A stretch of 32,000 nucleotides of DNA, taken from the NCBI RefSeq assembly GCF_023169545.1, contig NZ_AP019769.1:420001-452000 (forward strand), written 5' to 3'. Below the pieces are notes generated by a model. That model ran no database searches. It saw only the letters and a list, made by a program, of their open reading frames with translations, and was not told where the DNA came from. Of this stretch, positions 8,849-16,906 are shown one piece after another. The number at the start of each line of letters is the position of its first letter. The stretch's first letter is position 1. Both the position numbers and the translations under genes were made by a program. The DNA is from Nanobdella aerobiophila. GTDB lineage: Archaea > Nanobdellota > Nanobdellia > Nanobdellales > Nanobdellaceae.

Positions 8849-9861
8849 TTGTTTATTTCATGTATAAAATAATCTTTTATTGCCGGTACAACATCATATA
8901 TAAACTTGCCTTTTAGTTTTGTCCTAGTTAAATATTTATATTCTACCATCCTTTTTAGTATATTGGATATGGCATGTATTGTTGCATCATTATATCTTTC
9001 TTTAAATAGCTTTAATAATTCGTTAACAGTTTTAGGTCCGTATTTTGATATTATCTCAATTATATATTTTTGTTTTTCTGTTAGTTTTAATATATCGGTA
9101 GGTGGCCTTTTAGATTCATATATTTTATCAATTATAGATTTATCTACTATATTTTTTCTTTCTCTGTATGCTATTAATAATGCTTCATAAGAGTATTTCA
9201 GTATCTCTCTTGGTAGACCTCCAGATAGATTATATATCTCTTCTATAGCATCATCTGTAAATAGACCAGGGTTTCCAGATATCTCCAATCTCTTCTTAAT
9301 CAATAACTTTCCGCTTTCCGGATCTAGAGATTTAAGATATATTTTTGATAATATTCTTTCATATAATGTTCTGTGTTCTTTCAATAATCTTTCTTCTAAT
9401 TCCGGCAATCCAGATAATATAAATGTACAACTAGTCTGATCTGATAATATCTTTATCCACTCTAGCATATCATCTGTAAAGAAAGTTGCCTCATCAATAA
9501 ATATAATTAAATTTTTTTTATTTAAATATTCGAGTAGATTATATTTCTTAATTTTATATAATATCTTCTCCATTATAGTAAATTTCTCTTTAATATAGTC
9601 TTCAAATTCGCTTTTTTCTTTAAAAGGTCTGTATATATAAATTTTATTTTTTATTTTTAGATTATTAAATGTCCATAATAATAATGTTGTCTTACCAGCT
9701 CCAGTGGGTCCTGATATTAATATTATCTTTTCTTTTCCATTTATGGATGATATTAATTTTTCTCTCTCTAAGCTATATCCTACAAAAGTTTGCAGTATTA
9801 TTTCCAATCTAAATGGATTATCATTTAAATTAAAATACTTTAGTATTTCATTATCATTCAT
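8845..9861 (-). CDS. AAA+ ATPase with C-terminal winged-helix-like domain (ExeA/ORC-like; exact family unresolved)
   Basis: Walker A is SGPTGAGKTTLL and Walker B is LIIFIDEA. The N-terminal NPF motif resembles ExeA-type AAA ATPases. The C-terminal segment TEKQKYIIEIISKYGPKTVNELLKLF...ISNILKRMVEYKYLTR looks like a wHTH. There is a 4-nt ATGA overlap with the downstream thiolase gene. Confidence 0.65.
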   Translation of the reverse strand: MNDNEILKYFNLNDNPFRLEIILQTFVGYSLEREKLISSINGKEKIILISGPTGAGKTTLLLWTFNNLKIKNKIYIYRPFKEKSEFEDYIKEKFTIMEKILYKIKKYNLLEYLNKKNLIIFIDEATFFTDDMLEWIKILSDQTSCTFILSGLPELEERLLKEHRTLYERILSKIYLKSLDPESGKLLIKKRLEISGNPGLFTDDAIEEIYNLSGGLPREILKYSYEALLIAYRERKNIVDKSIIDKIYESKRPPTDILKLTEKQKYIIEIISKYGPKTVNELLKLFKERYNDATIHAISNILKRMVEYKYLTRTKLKGKFIYDVVPAIKDYFIHEINK

Positions 9862-9942
9862 CCTAAAATATTGATTATAAAAAATATTATTAAAGCTTAA
9901 AAATATAAAAAATCTAAATTAATAATCATTATAAAGGTCAAT

Positions 9943-10015
9943 AGCCCCGTCGTCTAGCGGCCCAGGATGTAGGGTTTTGGTCCCTGTGACCGGGGTTCGA
10001 ATCCCCGCGGGGCTA
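9943..10015 (+). tRNA. tRNA-Gln(TTG); no encoded CCA
   Basis: Hand-folded cloverleaf of 73 nt. The acceptor stem is AGCCCCG/CGGGGCT (A1:U72). The anticodon stem is TAGGG/CCCTG with loop TT-TTG-GT. The variable loop is 4 nt, the T arm is CGGGG-TTCGAAT-CCCCG and the discriminator is A. It is G+C-rich against AT-rich flanks. Confidence 0.85.
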
Positions 10016-10090
10016 TGTCACTGTATCTAGATAGTTGAAGTTACCTTAAATGATAGACACTTTATAAATTGATAAGAATTTATTTTATAT

Positions 10091-10708
10091 ATGATATTGA
10101 CTCCTTTATTAAATCTAATAAGTTCATATAATTATCTTAAGGTATCCATAGTATTTATTTCTATAGTTGTAATTGGTTATTTTATAGGAAAATTAGTATC
10201 ATTTATATTAAAAATTATATTAAATAAGATACTGGGATTTGATAGCTGGTTGCATTCCAGAGGGATAGCTCAGGAATACTCCATTACGAATATAATACTA
10301 AGTATAATAAGATTTTTTATATATTTTTATTTTATAGGTTATGCTTTCAAGATATTACCATATAATATATCAATAATAGGTATTTTATTACTTTCTGTAC
10401 TAAATTATCTATTAATTATTATACTATCTATGATCATTGCCTTTATAATGCTTGAAATGATAATAAAAACATCCATAGAACCAATATTAAATAATATAAA
10501 ATATAAATCAGAAATGATGACTCTACTAAGATTTATAACAATGTTCTTTGTTCTAGTATTATTATTAAGTTATCTAAATTTATTGTCTCCGATATTATTA
10601 TATCTATTTATTATATTATTTTCAGGAATGATAATTCCTATATCTATAGCATTAGGGATTGCTTTAGGAGACTTGTTTAAAGAAAAAATAAAAGACCTAA
10701 AGAAATGA
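10091..10708 (+). CDS. Polytopic membrane protein, unknown function
   Basis: A 205-aa ORF that is almost entirely hydrophobic helices. There is a 4-nt ATGA overlap with the next membrane-protein gene. Confidence 0.55.
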   Translation: MILTPLLNLISSYNYLKVSIVFISIVVIGYFIGKLVSFILKIILNKILGFDSWLHSRGIAQEYSITNIILSIIRFFIYFYFIGYAFKILPYNISIIGILLLSVLNYLLIIILSMIIAFIMLEMIIKTSIEPILNNIKYKSEMMTLLRFITMFFVLVLLLSYLNLLSPILLYLFIILFSGMIIPISIALGIALGDLFKEKIKDLKK

Positions 10709-11877
10709 ATTATAAAGAAAGGATAATATTATTGTCTAATAACTTATTAAGTGGTATATTAAATAGTATATATTTTGTCTACCCATCCTTTTACCATTTT
10801 AATTCATCGATATACTTTTTTATAGTATTTATATCGTATTTTGGATCAATACTCTCTTCTATAATATTTGGAAATATAAAGGTAAATGGTAATAATTATA
10901 TAAAGTGGTCTCTAGTTGGTATAGCTGGACCATTATTATCCATATTATTCTTATTCTATCCAAACACATATTTATACATATTCTCATATCTATTATTTTC
11001 TTTTACATATTATTCTACATATTTTGTATTTTTATTGTATTATAAAGATGTTAAATTAAATTTCTATTTTAATATTTATTGGACAATTGGAGAAATTATA
11101 CCACAAATATCATTATTATTTGTATCAATAATGTTAAATTTATATATAATTAGTATATTGCTCTTATTATCGATATTAGTTGTTTTATCAAGAGAAATAT
11201 ACATGTTTCTATTTACAGAAGCTTATGAACTTAATTTATTAGTGAAAATTGATAAGATATTTTCTCAAATAGATCATGATATAAGTAATTTTGGAACGCT
11301 AGTTCCACTCTTTGAAGGCCTATTATATCCTATAAATATTAGAAAATTAAAATTTGGCTACATTGAATTATATAATTTTTTTGTATTAATCGGTTTTTCT
11401 CTTGTATGGTCATCTTTAGTATTTCTTGTTGATAAAATAAATTTAGGAAATATATATCCATTATTATTATTCATTAATGGACTATATACTTCGATATTTT
11501 ATAAGATATATAAGAGAACCATCAATAATAATAATGTAAATATAGGTATATTAAGCAGATTATCCATGGGCGTAATATTAATTATATTTTCTGTGATTTA
11601 TTCCGTATTAAGTATACCAATAAATGGAATAATAATGACTGTATTATTTATTTTAGCTGCTTACTCATGGACTATGTTTCAATTCTTTTTTGATAATTTT
11701 ATAATAATTAAATATCCAGAAAAATTTGGAAATGTATACTTTTTTAGGAATCTTGGCGGTATGTTTGGATCAATAATATTATTATTTATATCATTATTTA
11801 ATGGTCTAATATTATCTTTAGCTATTTTGGGTATATCTATATTCTTTTTTAGGTCATATTTTAAAAAAGTAATATAG
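10705..11877 (+). CDS. Polytopic membrane protein (about 10-12 TM helices; possible transporter, family not recognised)
   Basis: A 390-aa ORF with continuous hydrophobic segments separated by short loops and no catalytic motif that I recognise. Confidence 0.6.
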   Translation: MNYKERIILLSNNLLSGILNSIYFVYPSFYHFNSSIYFFIVFISYFGSILSSIIFGNIKVNGNNYIKWSLVGIAGPLLSILFLFYPNTYLYIFSYLLFSFTYYSTYFVFLLYYKDVKLNFYFNIYWTIGEIIPQISLLFVSIMLNLYIISILLLLSILVVLSREIYMFLFTEAYELNLLVKIDKIFSQIDHDISNFGTLVPLFEGLLYPINIRKLKFGYIELYNFFVLIGFSLVWSSLVFLVDKINLGNIYPLLLFINGLYTSIFYKIYKRTINNNNVNIGILSRLSMGVILIIFSVIYSVLSIPINGIIMTVLFILAAYSWTMFQFFFDNFIIIKYPEKFGNVYFFRNLGGMFGSIILLFISLFNGLILSLAILGISIFFFRSYFKKVI

Positions 11878-11889
11878 GAATAAATCTTT

Positions 11890-13317
11890 ATGGATTTGAA
11901 AATAAATAAAATTGACAATAATATATTTGAAATTAAGGAAGATAAGAATATGAATGTACCTGTTAGAATTTATGCTAATGAGAATCTAATAGAAAAGATG
12001 AAGAATGATAAAACCCTAATACAAGGAAAGAATGTGGCAAGCCTACCTGGAATTTATAAATATTCTATAGTTATGCCAGATGGCCATGAAGGATATGGAT
12101 TTCCGGTAGGTGGTGTAGCGGCTTTTGATATAAACGAAGGAATAATCTCTCCAGGTGGAATAGGATATGATATAAATTGCGGAGTTAGATTAATAAAAAC
12201 GAATTTAACTTATAATGAAATAAAGGCAAAATTAAAAGAACTAGTAGAGGAAATTTTTAAGAATGTACCAGCAGGTGTTGGGGAAACAGGGAAAATAATA
12301 CTATCCACAGGTCAATTTAAGGATTCTATCGAGGAAGGATTAGACTGGAGCTATAGAGAAGGATACGCATGGAAAGAAGATCTAGATTATATAGAATCTA
12401 ATGGAAAATTAAAAGAGGCATCAATAGATTATATATCTGATTTGGCTATAAGAAGAGGTTTAGATCAATTAGGAACTCTAGGATCTGGAAATCATTTTCT
12501 AGAAATACAAGTTATTGAAAAAATATTTAATCAAGAGATAGCGAAGATACTTGGTTTAGAAAATGATCAGGTTATGATAATGATCCATACAGGTTCCAGG
12601 GGTTTTGGCCATCAAATAGCTTCAGATTATATAGAATTGGGGTTAAATAAATATAAAGATACAATAGATAGATTACCAGATAGAGAACTAATCTATTTAC
12701 CATTTCAATCTGAGGAAGGGCAAAAATACTTAAAATCTATGAGTGCTGCAGCAAATTTTGCTTGGAATAATAGACAATTAATTACTTACCAAATTAGAAG
12801 ATCATTTGAAAAAGTATATAACCATTCTGCGGAAGATATAGGATTAAATATATTATATGACGTAGCGCATAATATAGCAAAAATAGAAAAATATGATAAT
12901 AAAAAATTAATAGTTCACAGAAAAGGTGCTACAAGAGCATTTCCAGCAGGTAGTGAAGAACTAGTTAGTAAATATAACAAGATAGGGCAACCAGTTTTAA
13001 TACCAGGTTCTATGGGAACCGGTTCATATATATTGGTCGCGAATCAAAACTCCGTAGATCTGTCTTTTGCTTCATCTGCTCATGGTGCTGGTAGAAATTT
13101 ATCAAGATCTTCAGCAAGAAAAAAATTTAGATATGATGATATAATAAATAATTTAAATAAAAAGGGAATAATTGTAAAATCTACAACTAAAGAAGGGATA
13201 ATTGAAGAAGTTCCGGAAGCTTATAAAGATATAGATGAAGTAGTAAAAGTTATAGATTCATTGAATATATCAAATATAGTAGCTAGACTTAGACCAATTG
13301 CAGTAATAAAAGGATAG
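11890..13317 (+). CDS. rtcB: RNA-splicing ligase RtcB (3'-phosphate/5'-hydroxy RNA ligase)
   Basis: The 475-aa ORF contains all the RtcB metal and GTP-binding blocks: MPDGHEGYGFPVGGVAAF, GYDINCGVRL, GSGNHFLEIQ, HTGSRGFGHQ, PGSMGT and SSAHGAGR. The C-terminus RPIAVIKG is followed by a TAG stop. Confidence 0.95.
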   Translation: MDLKINKIDNNIFEIKEDKNMNVPVRIYANENLIEKMKNDKTLIQGKNVASLPGIYKYSIVMPDGHEGYGFPVGGVAAFDINEGIISPGGIGYDINCGVRLIKTNLTYNEIKAKLKELVEEIFKNVPAGVGETGKIILSTGQFKDSIEEGLDWSYREGYAWKEDLDYIESNGKLKEASIDYISDLAIRRGLDQLGTLGSGNHFLEIQVIEKIFNQEIAKILGLENDQVMIMIHTGSRGFGHQIASDYIELGLNKYKDTIDRLPDRELIYLPFQSEEGQKYLKSMSAAANFAWNNRQLITYQIRRSFEKVYNHSAEDIGLNILYDVAHNIAKIEKYDNKKLIVHRKGATRAFPAGSEELVSKYNKIGQPVLIPGSMGTGSYILVANQNSVDLSFASSAHGAGRNLSRSSARKKFRYDDIINNLNKKGIIVKSTTKEGIIEEVPEAYKDIDEVVKVIDSLNISNIVARLRPIAVIKG

Positions 13318-13461
13318 ATATGAAATATATATTTTGTATCCTACAAATAATATTTTTTATAATAGCCGTCAATTAATAATGAAATCTTGATTTTTTATTC
13401 GATGATTATATTAGGTAAAATAACACATAAAATATATATCTTACTAAAATATATCTATATT

Positions 13462-14004
13462 ATGAGATCTATATCACCTATTATAGCTACTATATTATTT
13501 TTATGTAGGTAAATTTCCTTAAATATCTTCTACCTATGTAGAATATGATAATGGAGAATATATGATCTATTTTGGGAGGATCCATTACAGTTAACAAATG
13601 GATAAATATAACTGCTACTTCTAGCTCAATAGAATATACTGCTACTACCTTTTCATCCAATGTAATTTTAGACTTCTAAGGCTATATAGGTCAGCCAACT
13701 GGCTCAAACTATTGGAATCCAAATAGTTTCTTTCCAAATACTACTCAAACATCTACACCAGAAGGTCAGGTGATTATGTCTATGAATATGGTCCTTCAGG
13801 AGGGATATTTCCAACTACTCCGCTTCATCAATTCAAGTTACCGACTATGCAATATTTCCAACAGTATTAACTGGGAGTAATACATATTATTGCATAAACT
13901 ATACACAGATGCCAACATATTATGCGCAACAATCATCATCTCATTACATTTGGCTCTTCCTAGAAAGGAGAAAGCGACAGACCAACATTTATTTAATAGG
14001 CTAG
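13462..14004 (+). pseudogene. Decayed gene for a secreted protein with an archaeal type IV pilin-like (class III) N-terminus
   Basis: The ATG at 13462 encodes MRSISPIIATILFLCR, then TAA at 13510. The R-S-ISPIIATILFL segment matches the archaeal pilin N-terminal pattern ((K/R)(G/A/S)-(V/I)SPVIATVLL). Downstream, all three forward frames are broken. They still contain protein-like stretches, such as 13566..13880 (ILGGSITVNKWINITATSSSIEYTATTFSSNVILDF*GYIGQPTGSNYWNPNSFFPNTTQTSTPEG...), which has one in-frame TAA at 13677. Alternative-frame stretches read SGDYVYEYGPSGGIFPTTPLHQF and TGSNTYYCINYTQMPTYYAQQSSSHY. The G+C content is visibly higher than in true spacers. No ORF reaches the track's minimum size in 745 bp. 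Confidence 0.5.
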
Positions 14005-14062
14005 AGCTCGTGAATAGCCTCCTAAACGTAGTTATACCTTCTATTTCTTAAAGATTAAAAAT

Positions 14063-14299
14063 CTATTCGGAAACAATTAATGTTATTGTTTTTTCAACAA
14101 AATCTAGAGATCTTATTTTATCTAATAAAAATCTCCTTATATCTTCTAAATTTTGAACTTCTATCTTTAATATTATATCATATTCTCCATATACAGTATG
14201 GTATTCTAATACATTTACTTCCTTCTCTTCTTTAACTCTATCTATAAGATTTTTCTCCTTCCCTGGCCTTAGATTAACTAATACATAAACAAGCGTCAT
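14063..14299 (-). CDS. Stand-alone Lrp/AsnC-type ligand-binding (RAM) domain protein
   Basis: The 78-aa ORF reads VYVLVNLRPGKEKNLIDRVKE...V.E.HTVYGEYDIILKIEVQNLEDIRRFLLDKIRSLDFVEKTITLIV. This is the beta-alpha-beta-beta-alpha-beta RAM-domain pattern without an HTH. There is an ATGA overlap with the upstream gene. Confidence 0.75.
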   Translation of the reverse strand: MTLVYVLVNLRPGKEKNLIDRVKEEKEVNVLEYHTVYGEYDIILKIEVQNLEDIRRFLLDKIRSLDFVEKTITLIVSE

Positions 14300-14604
14300 T
14301 TCTTTATCTCTTCTTTTAATTCTTTTATCTCTTTTCTCTGATATTCAATTACTATAGCAATAATAGACAACCATAGTACAGATAACCATGTAAATAATGC
14401 AGAAATTGTTGAAGAAGCTGTACTTTCTAATACCAATGGTAATTCTATGCTTTTAAATAATAATAAAAATCCCAATAGCATATTGATGAAAAAACCCACT
14501 AGTAAAATTATCTCTAATAAATCTGGTACTTTATAATCAAAATTCACCATACTATTATTTTTTAAAAAAAATTTATATATATATTCTATGAGAGCACTAG
14601 ACAA
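14296..14604 (-). CDS. Small membrane protein, unknown function (true start may be M19 at 14550)
   Basis: The ORF has two hydrophobic helices and a charged C-terminal tail (KEIKELKEEIKK). The longest ORF overlaps the divergent PUA gene start by 17 nt. Starting at the internal ATG (14550) removes the overlap and leaves a 37-bp divergent spacer. Confidence 0.5.
   Translation of the reverse strand: MSSALIEYIYKFFLKNNSMVNFDYKVPDLLEIILLVGFFINMLLGFLLLFKSIELPLVLESTASSTISALFTWLSVLWLSIIAIVIEYQRKEIKELKEEIKK
14551..14587. promoter_or_regulatory. 37-bp divergent spacer (if the minus-strand gene starts at 14550), putative bidirectional promoter pair
   Basis: The spacer is actattattttttaaaaaaaatttatatatatattct. 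Its length matches the two other divergent spacers in the window, but only if the internal ATG at 14550 is used. Confidence 0.25.
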
Positions 14605-15049
14605 TAAAACAAAAAAGGAACTATTTGATATTTTAATAAATAAATATAAAATAAAATGCGAAGAAACAAAAAATGAACAAATATTTATGGATGAAAATAA
14701 AATATATTATTATAAAGATACACCAATTGCATTTATAAAAAAAGACAAGGTATATCCTACACTATTATTAATAACAAAATATGACAATGACCTAAATTAT
14801 ATAATAGTTAATAATGGAGCAAAGGATAGTATATTAAATGGCGCTGATGTATTCAGACCTGGCATTGTAGAATTTTCAGAATTCAAAAAAGGAGATATAG
14901 TAATTATTGCATCAGAGGACCAAAAAATTTTAGCAATAGGTGAAGCATTATATGATTATAATGAGTTAAATGATATGAAAAAAGGAAAAGTAGCAGAAAA
15001 TATACACTATTACGGAGATAATATATTTAGATACATTAAAAGACTATAA
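14588..15049 (+). CDS. PUA-domain RNA-binding protein (MCT-1/Tma20-like architecture)
   Basis: The 153-aa ORF has a C-terminal PUA signature: V.NGAKDSILNGADVFRPGIVEFSEFKKGDIVIIASEDQKILAIGEALYD...KKGKVAENIHYYGD. A small N-terminal domain precedes it. Confidence 0.75.
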   Translation: MRALDNKTKKELFDILINKYKIKCEETKNEQIFMDENKIYYYKDTPIAFIKKDKVYPTLLLITKYDNDLNYIIVNNGAKDSILNGADVFRPGIVEFSEFKKGDIVIIASEDQKILAIGEALYDYNELNDMKKGKVAENIHYYGDNIFRYIKRL

Positions 15050-16192
15050 TTATTTTATAAAGTACAATAAATTTTGTTTTAGTATATTACTATACTTTTT
15101 AATTTTAAAATAAGATATATTATACTTTTTATTTAATCTATTATTTAAATATTCCACTAGATCATTATAGTTATCAAATTTCTCTATAATATTATTTAAC
15201 ATGTATTTTGTTCCTTCTCTAACGACCCAAACACCCAATGGAACACTATATTCTTTAGTAACAAATCTAAAAACTATTAAACTTCCTTTTAATCTATAAT
15301 TCTTCATAAACTCCGCAAAAGATAATCTTAAAGAAGAATAACCACCAGATTTATCATCCCTTCCTATGATAGAGTATTTACTATATAGATTATATATAGA
15401 ACCTGGTATTAAAACCTCTATCAGTTCTACATCCCCTTTACCTGGAATAAGAATTCCATAAAAATCATTACCATATAAAGAATAATAAAATAAATAATAT
15501 TTATCTATAACCTTTATATCCTCTAATTCTTTCCTTAATTTTTTTTCTAAAATGTTATGAACTGCAGTTATAGACCACCTACTTGGAACTAATTTTCTAT
15601 TTATTCTATAACCAAAAAAACCTATAGAAAATAATCTAGATATATAATAATCAGACATTCCTTCTTTATATAGATAGTATACAGATTCTTCGGATTTGAT
15701 ATCATTGATTCTATACACTTCTTTAGGTATCCTGGGATTTTCATTCAATATAATTTTATCAAATATTCCATTAAATCCATAAAAACCAACTATCTTAGAT
15801 ATATTATCATTCTCATATATTTTCTTCAGATATAATTCTATATTTATTGATTTTATAGACAGCATCGCATCTAATATATCATTATATAATCTTTCATCTT
15901 TTCTAGGTAAATTGGAATCCACAATTTTCTTTGCATTCACTAATCCAACTCTATTTTTTATTATTTCATCAACTGGTATATTATTTTTCGCCCAATATAT
16001 AGGATTATCATAATAATTTATATTATCATTTTGAGATGTCAATATACCTAATGATAATTTAGGATAATTTATAGAACTAATCAAATTTGATGGAGGAGTA
16101 AATCCATATATTTCCCTCTTCAGATATATAGATTTTCCATATAATTTTTTATATTTCTCTGCCAATCTTTTAGCAGAAATATTATCTATCAT
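15050..16192 (-). CDS. Nre-family (NreA-like) putative DNA repair protein
   Basis: GFTPPSNLISSINYPKLSLGIL resembles the Nre N-domain block (G.sPPsvFVG..gYPkV.vGpl), and EYSVPLGVWVVREG resembles the Nre C-domain block. The extreme C-terminus KQNLLYFIK is PIP-box-like. Recognised from memory of the family and not verified. Confidence 0.55.
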   Translation of the reverse strand: MIDNISAKRLAEKYKKLYGKSIYLKREIYGFTPPSNLISSINYPKLSLGILTSQNDNINYYDNPIYWAKNNIPVDEIIKNRVGLVNAKKIVDSNLPRKDERLYNDILDAMLSIKSINIELYLKKIYENDNISKIVGFYGFNGIFDKIILNENPRIPKEVYRINDIKSEESVYYLYKEGMSDYYISRLFSIGFFGYRINRKLVPSRWSITAVHNILEKKLRKELEDIKVIDKYYLFYYSLYGNDFYGILIPGKGDVELIEVLIPGSIYNLYSKYSIIGRDDKSGGYSSLRLSFAEFMKNYRLKGSLIVFRFVTKEYSVPLGVWVVREGTKYMLNNIIEKFDNYNDLVEYLNNRLNKKYNISYFKIKKYSNILKQNLLYFIK

Positions 16193-16228
16193 TATCTTTT
16201 AAATTATTTGTATAAAGTTTAAATATCT
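16193..16228. promoter_or_regulatory. 36-bp divergent spacer (Nre-like / dph2), putative bidirectional promoter pair
   Basis: The full spacer is tatcttttaaattatttgtataaagtttaaatatct. TATA-like runs (TTTAAATTA on plus; TTTAAACTTTATA on minus) lie about 25-30 nt from each ATG. Confidence 0.3.
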
Positions 16229-16906
16229 ATGGATGTGATAAATATTCCTACAAAATTTAAATTGAAAGAAATAAAAAATCTAGAAGAATTAAAGAAACAT
16301 TTACCAAAAAAATTTATACTAGTATCAATAACCCAGTATAATGACTATGCAAAGTATATATATAATAATTTAAAGAATGATTATAATATAGTAATTAAAC
16401 CAGAACTATATGAAATAAATGTATTAGGATGTTATTCTGAACCTGCAAATTTAGAAGGAATAGATACTGTATTATTAATAGGAAATGGAAAATTTCATGC
16501 AGAGAATATTATAAGAAATCTTGTAAAAAGAACAATAGTATATGATCCTATATATGGAGAAATAAATATATATGAACCAGATTATAATTACAAAAAGTCT
16601 ATAGACTACCTTCTCGTAAAATTAAAAAACTCAAATAATATAGGCATAATATTATCTATTAAACCAGGACAATATTATTATCTTGAAACATTAAAAGTAA
16701 AGGAAAAATTAGAAAAAGATGGAAAAAATGTATACTTATTTATAGGAGATACAATAGATATATTACAATTATTGAACTTTCCATATATAGACTTCTGGAT
16801 ATTTTCAGCCTGTCCTAGGATAATAGATGATATAATAAGAAACAATTTGAATGGATTAACAATAGATATAGTTATGAAAAATTTAGAAAAGAGTACTAAC
16901 ATTTAA
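16229..16906 (+). CDS. dph2: Diphthamide synthase Dph2 (2-(3-amino-3-carboxypropyl)histidine synthase), short form lacking the first domain
   Basis: INVLGCYSEP...IDTVLLIGNGKFHAENI aligns by eye with the domain-2 block of archaeal Dph2 (VLGC...ILFIGSGIFHP). IGIILSIKPGQ....LKVKEKLEKDGKNVYLFIGDTI....L.NFPYIDFWIFSACPRI aligns with domain 3 (FGVIVS.K.GQ........ACPR). The ORF is 225 aa, against about 340 aa for characterised archaeal Dph2. Confidence 0.65.
   Translation: MDVINIPTKFKLKEIKNLEELKKHLPKKFILVSITQYNDYAKYIYNNLKNDYNIVIKPELYEINVLGCYSEPANLEGIDTVLLIGNGKFHAENIIRNLVKRTIVYDPIYGEINIYEPDYNYKKSIDYLLVKLKNSNNIGIILSIKPGQYYYLETLKVKEKLEKDGKNVYLFIGDTIDILQLLNFPYIDFWIFSACPRIIDDIIRNNLNGLTIDIVMKNLEKSTNI

Noticed and set aside
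8262-9190. Plus-strand ORFs 8262..8507, 8517..8783 and 8906..9190
   Set aside because: They are antisense shadows of the TtuA/Ncs6-type and AAA+ genes, both of which carry clear catalytic motifs.
9862-10090. Replication origin next to the AAA+/wHTH (possibly Orc1/Cdc6-like) gene
   Set aside because: The flanking spacers contain tRNA-Gln and plain AT-rich sequence. I could not find repeated ORB-like boxes or an inverted-repeat-flanked unwinding element, and the ATPase identity itself is uncertain.
11679-11918. 79-aa minus-strand ORF spanning the end of the membrane-protein gene and the start of rtcB
   Set aside because: It overlaps two co-directional plus-strand genes and has no motif. Shadow ORF.
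13998-14020. Hairpin AGGCTA-N11-TAGCCT at the end of the pseudogene region, considered as a terminator
   Set aside because: The stem is only 6 bp and no adjacent oligo-T run follows. Archaeal termination does not require hairpins, and this could easily arise by chance.
16678-16902. 74-aa minus-strand ORF inside dph2
   Set aside because: It lies antisense to the Dph2 domain-3 region, which includes the conserved ACPR block.
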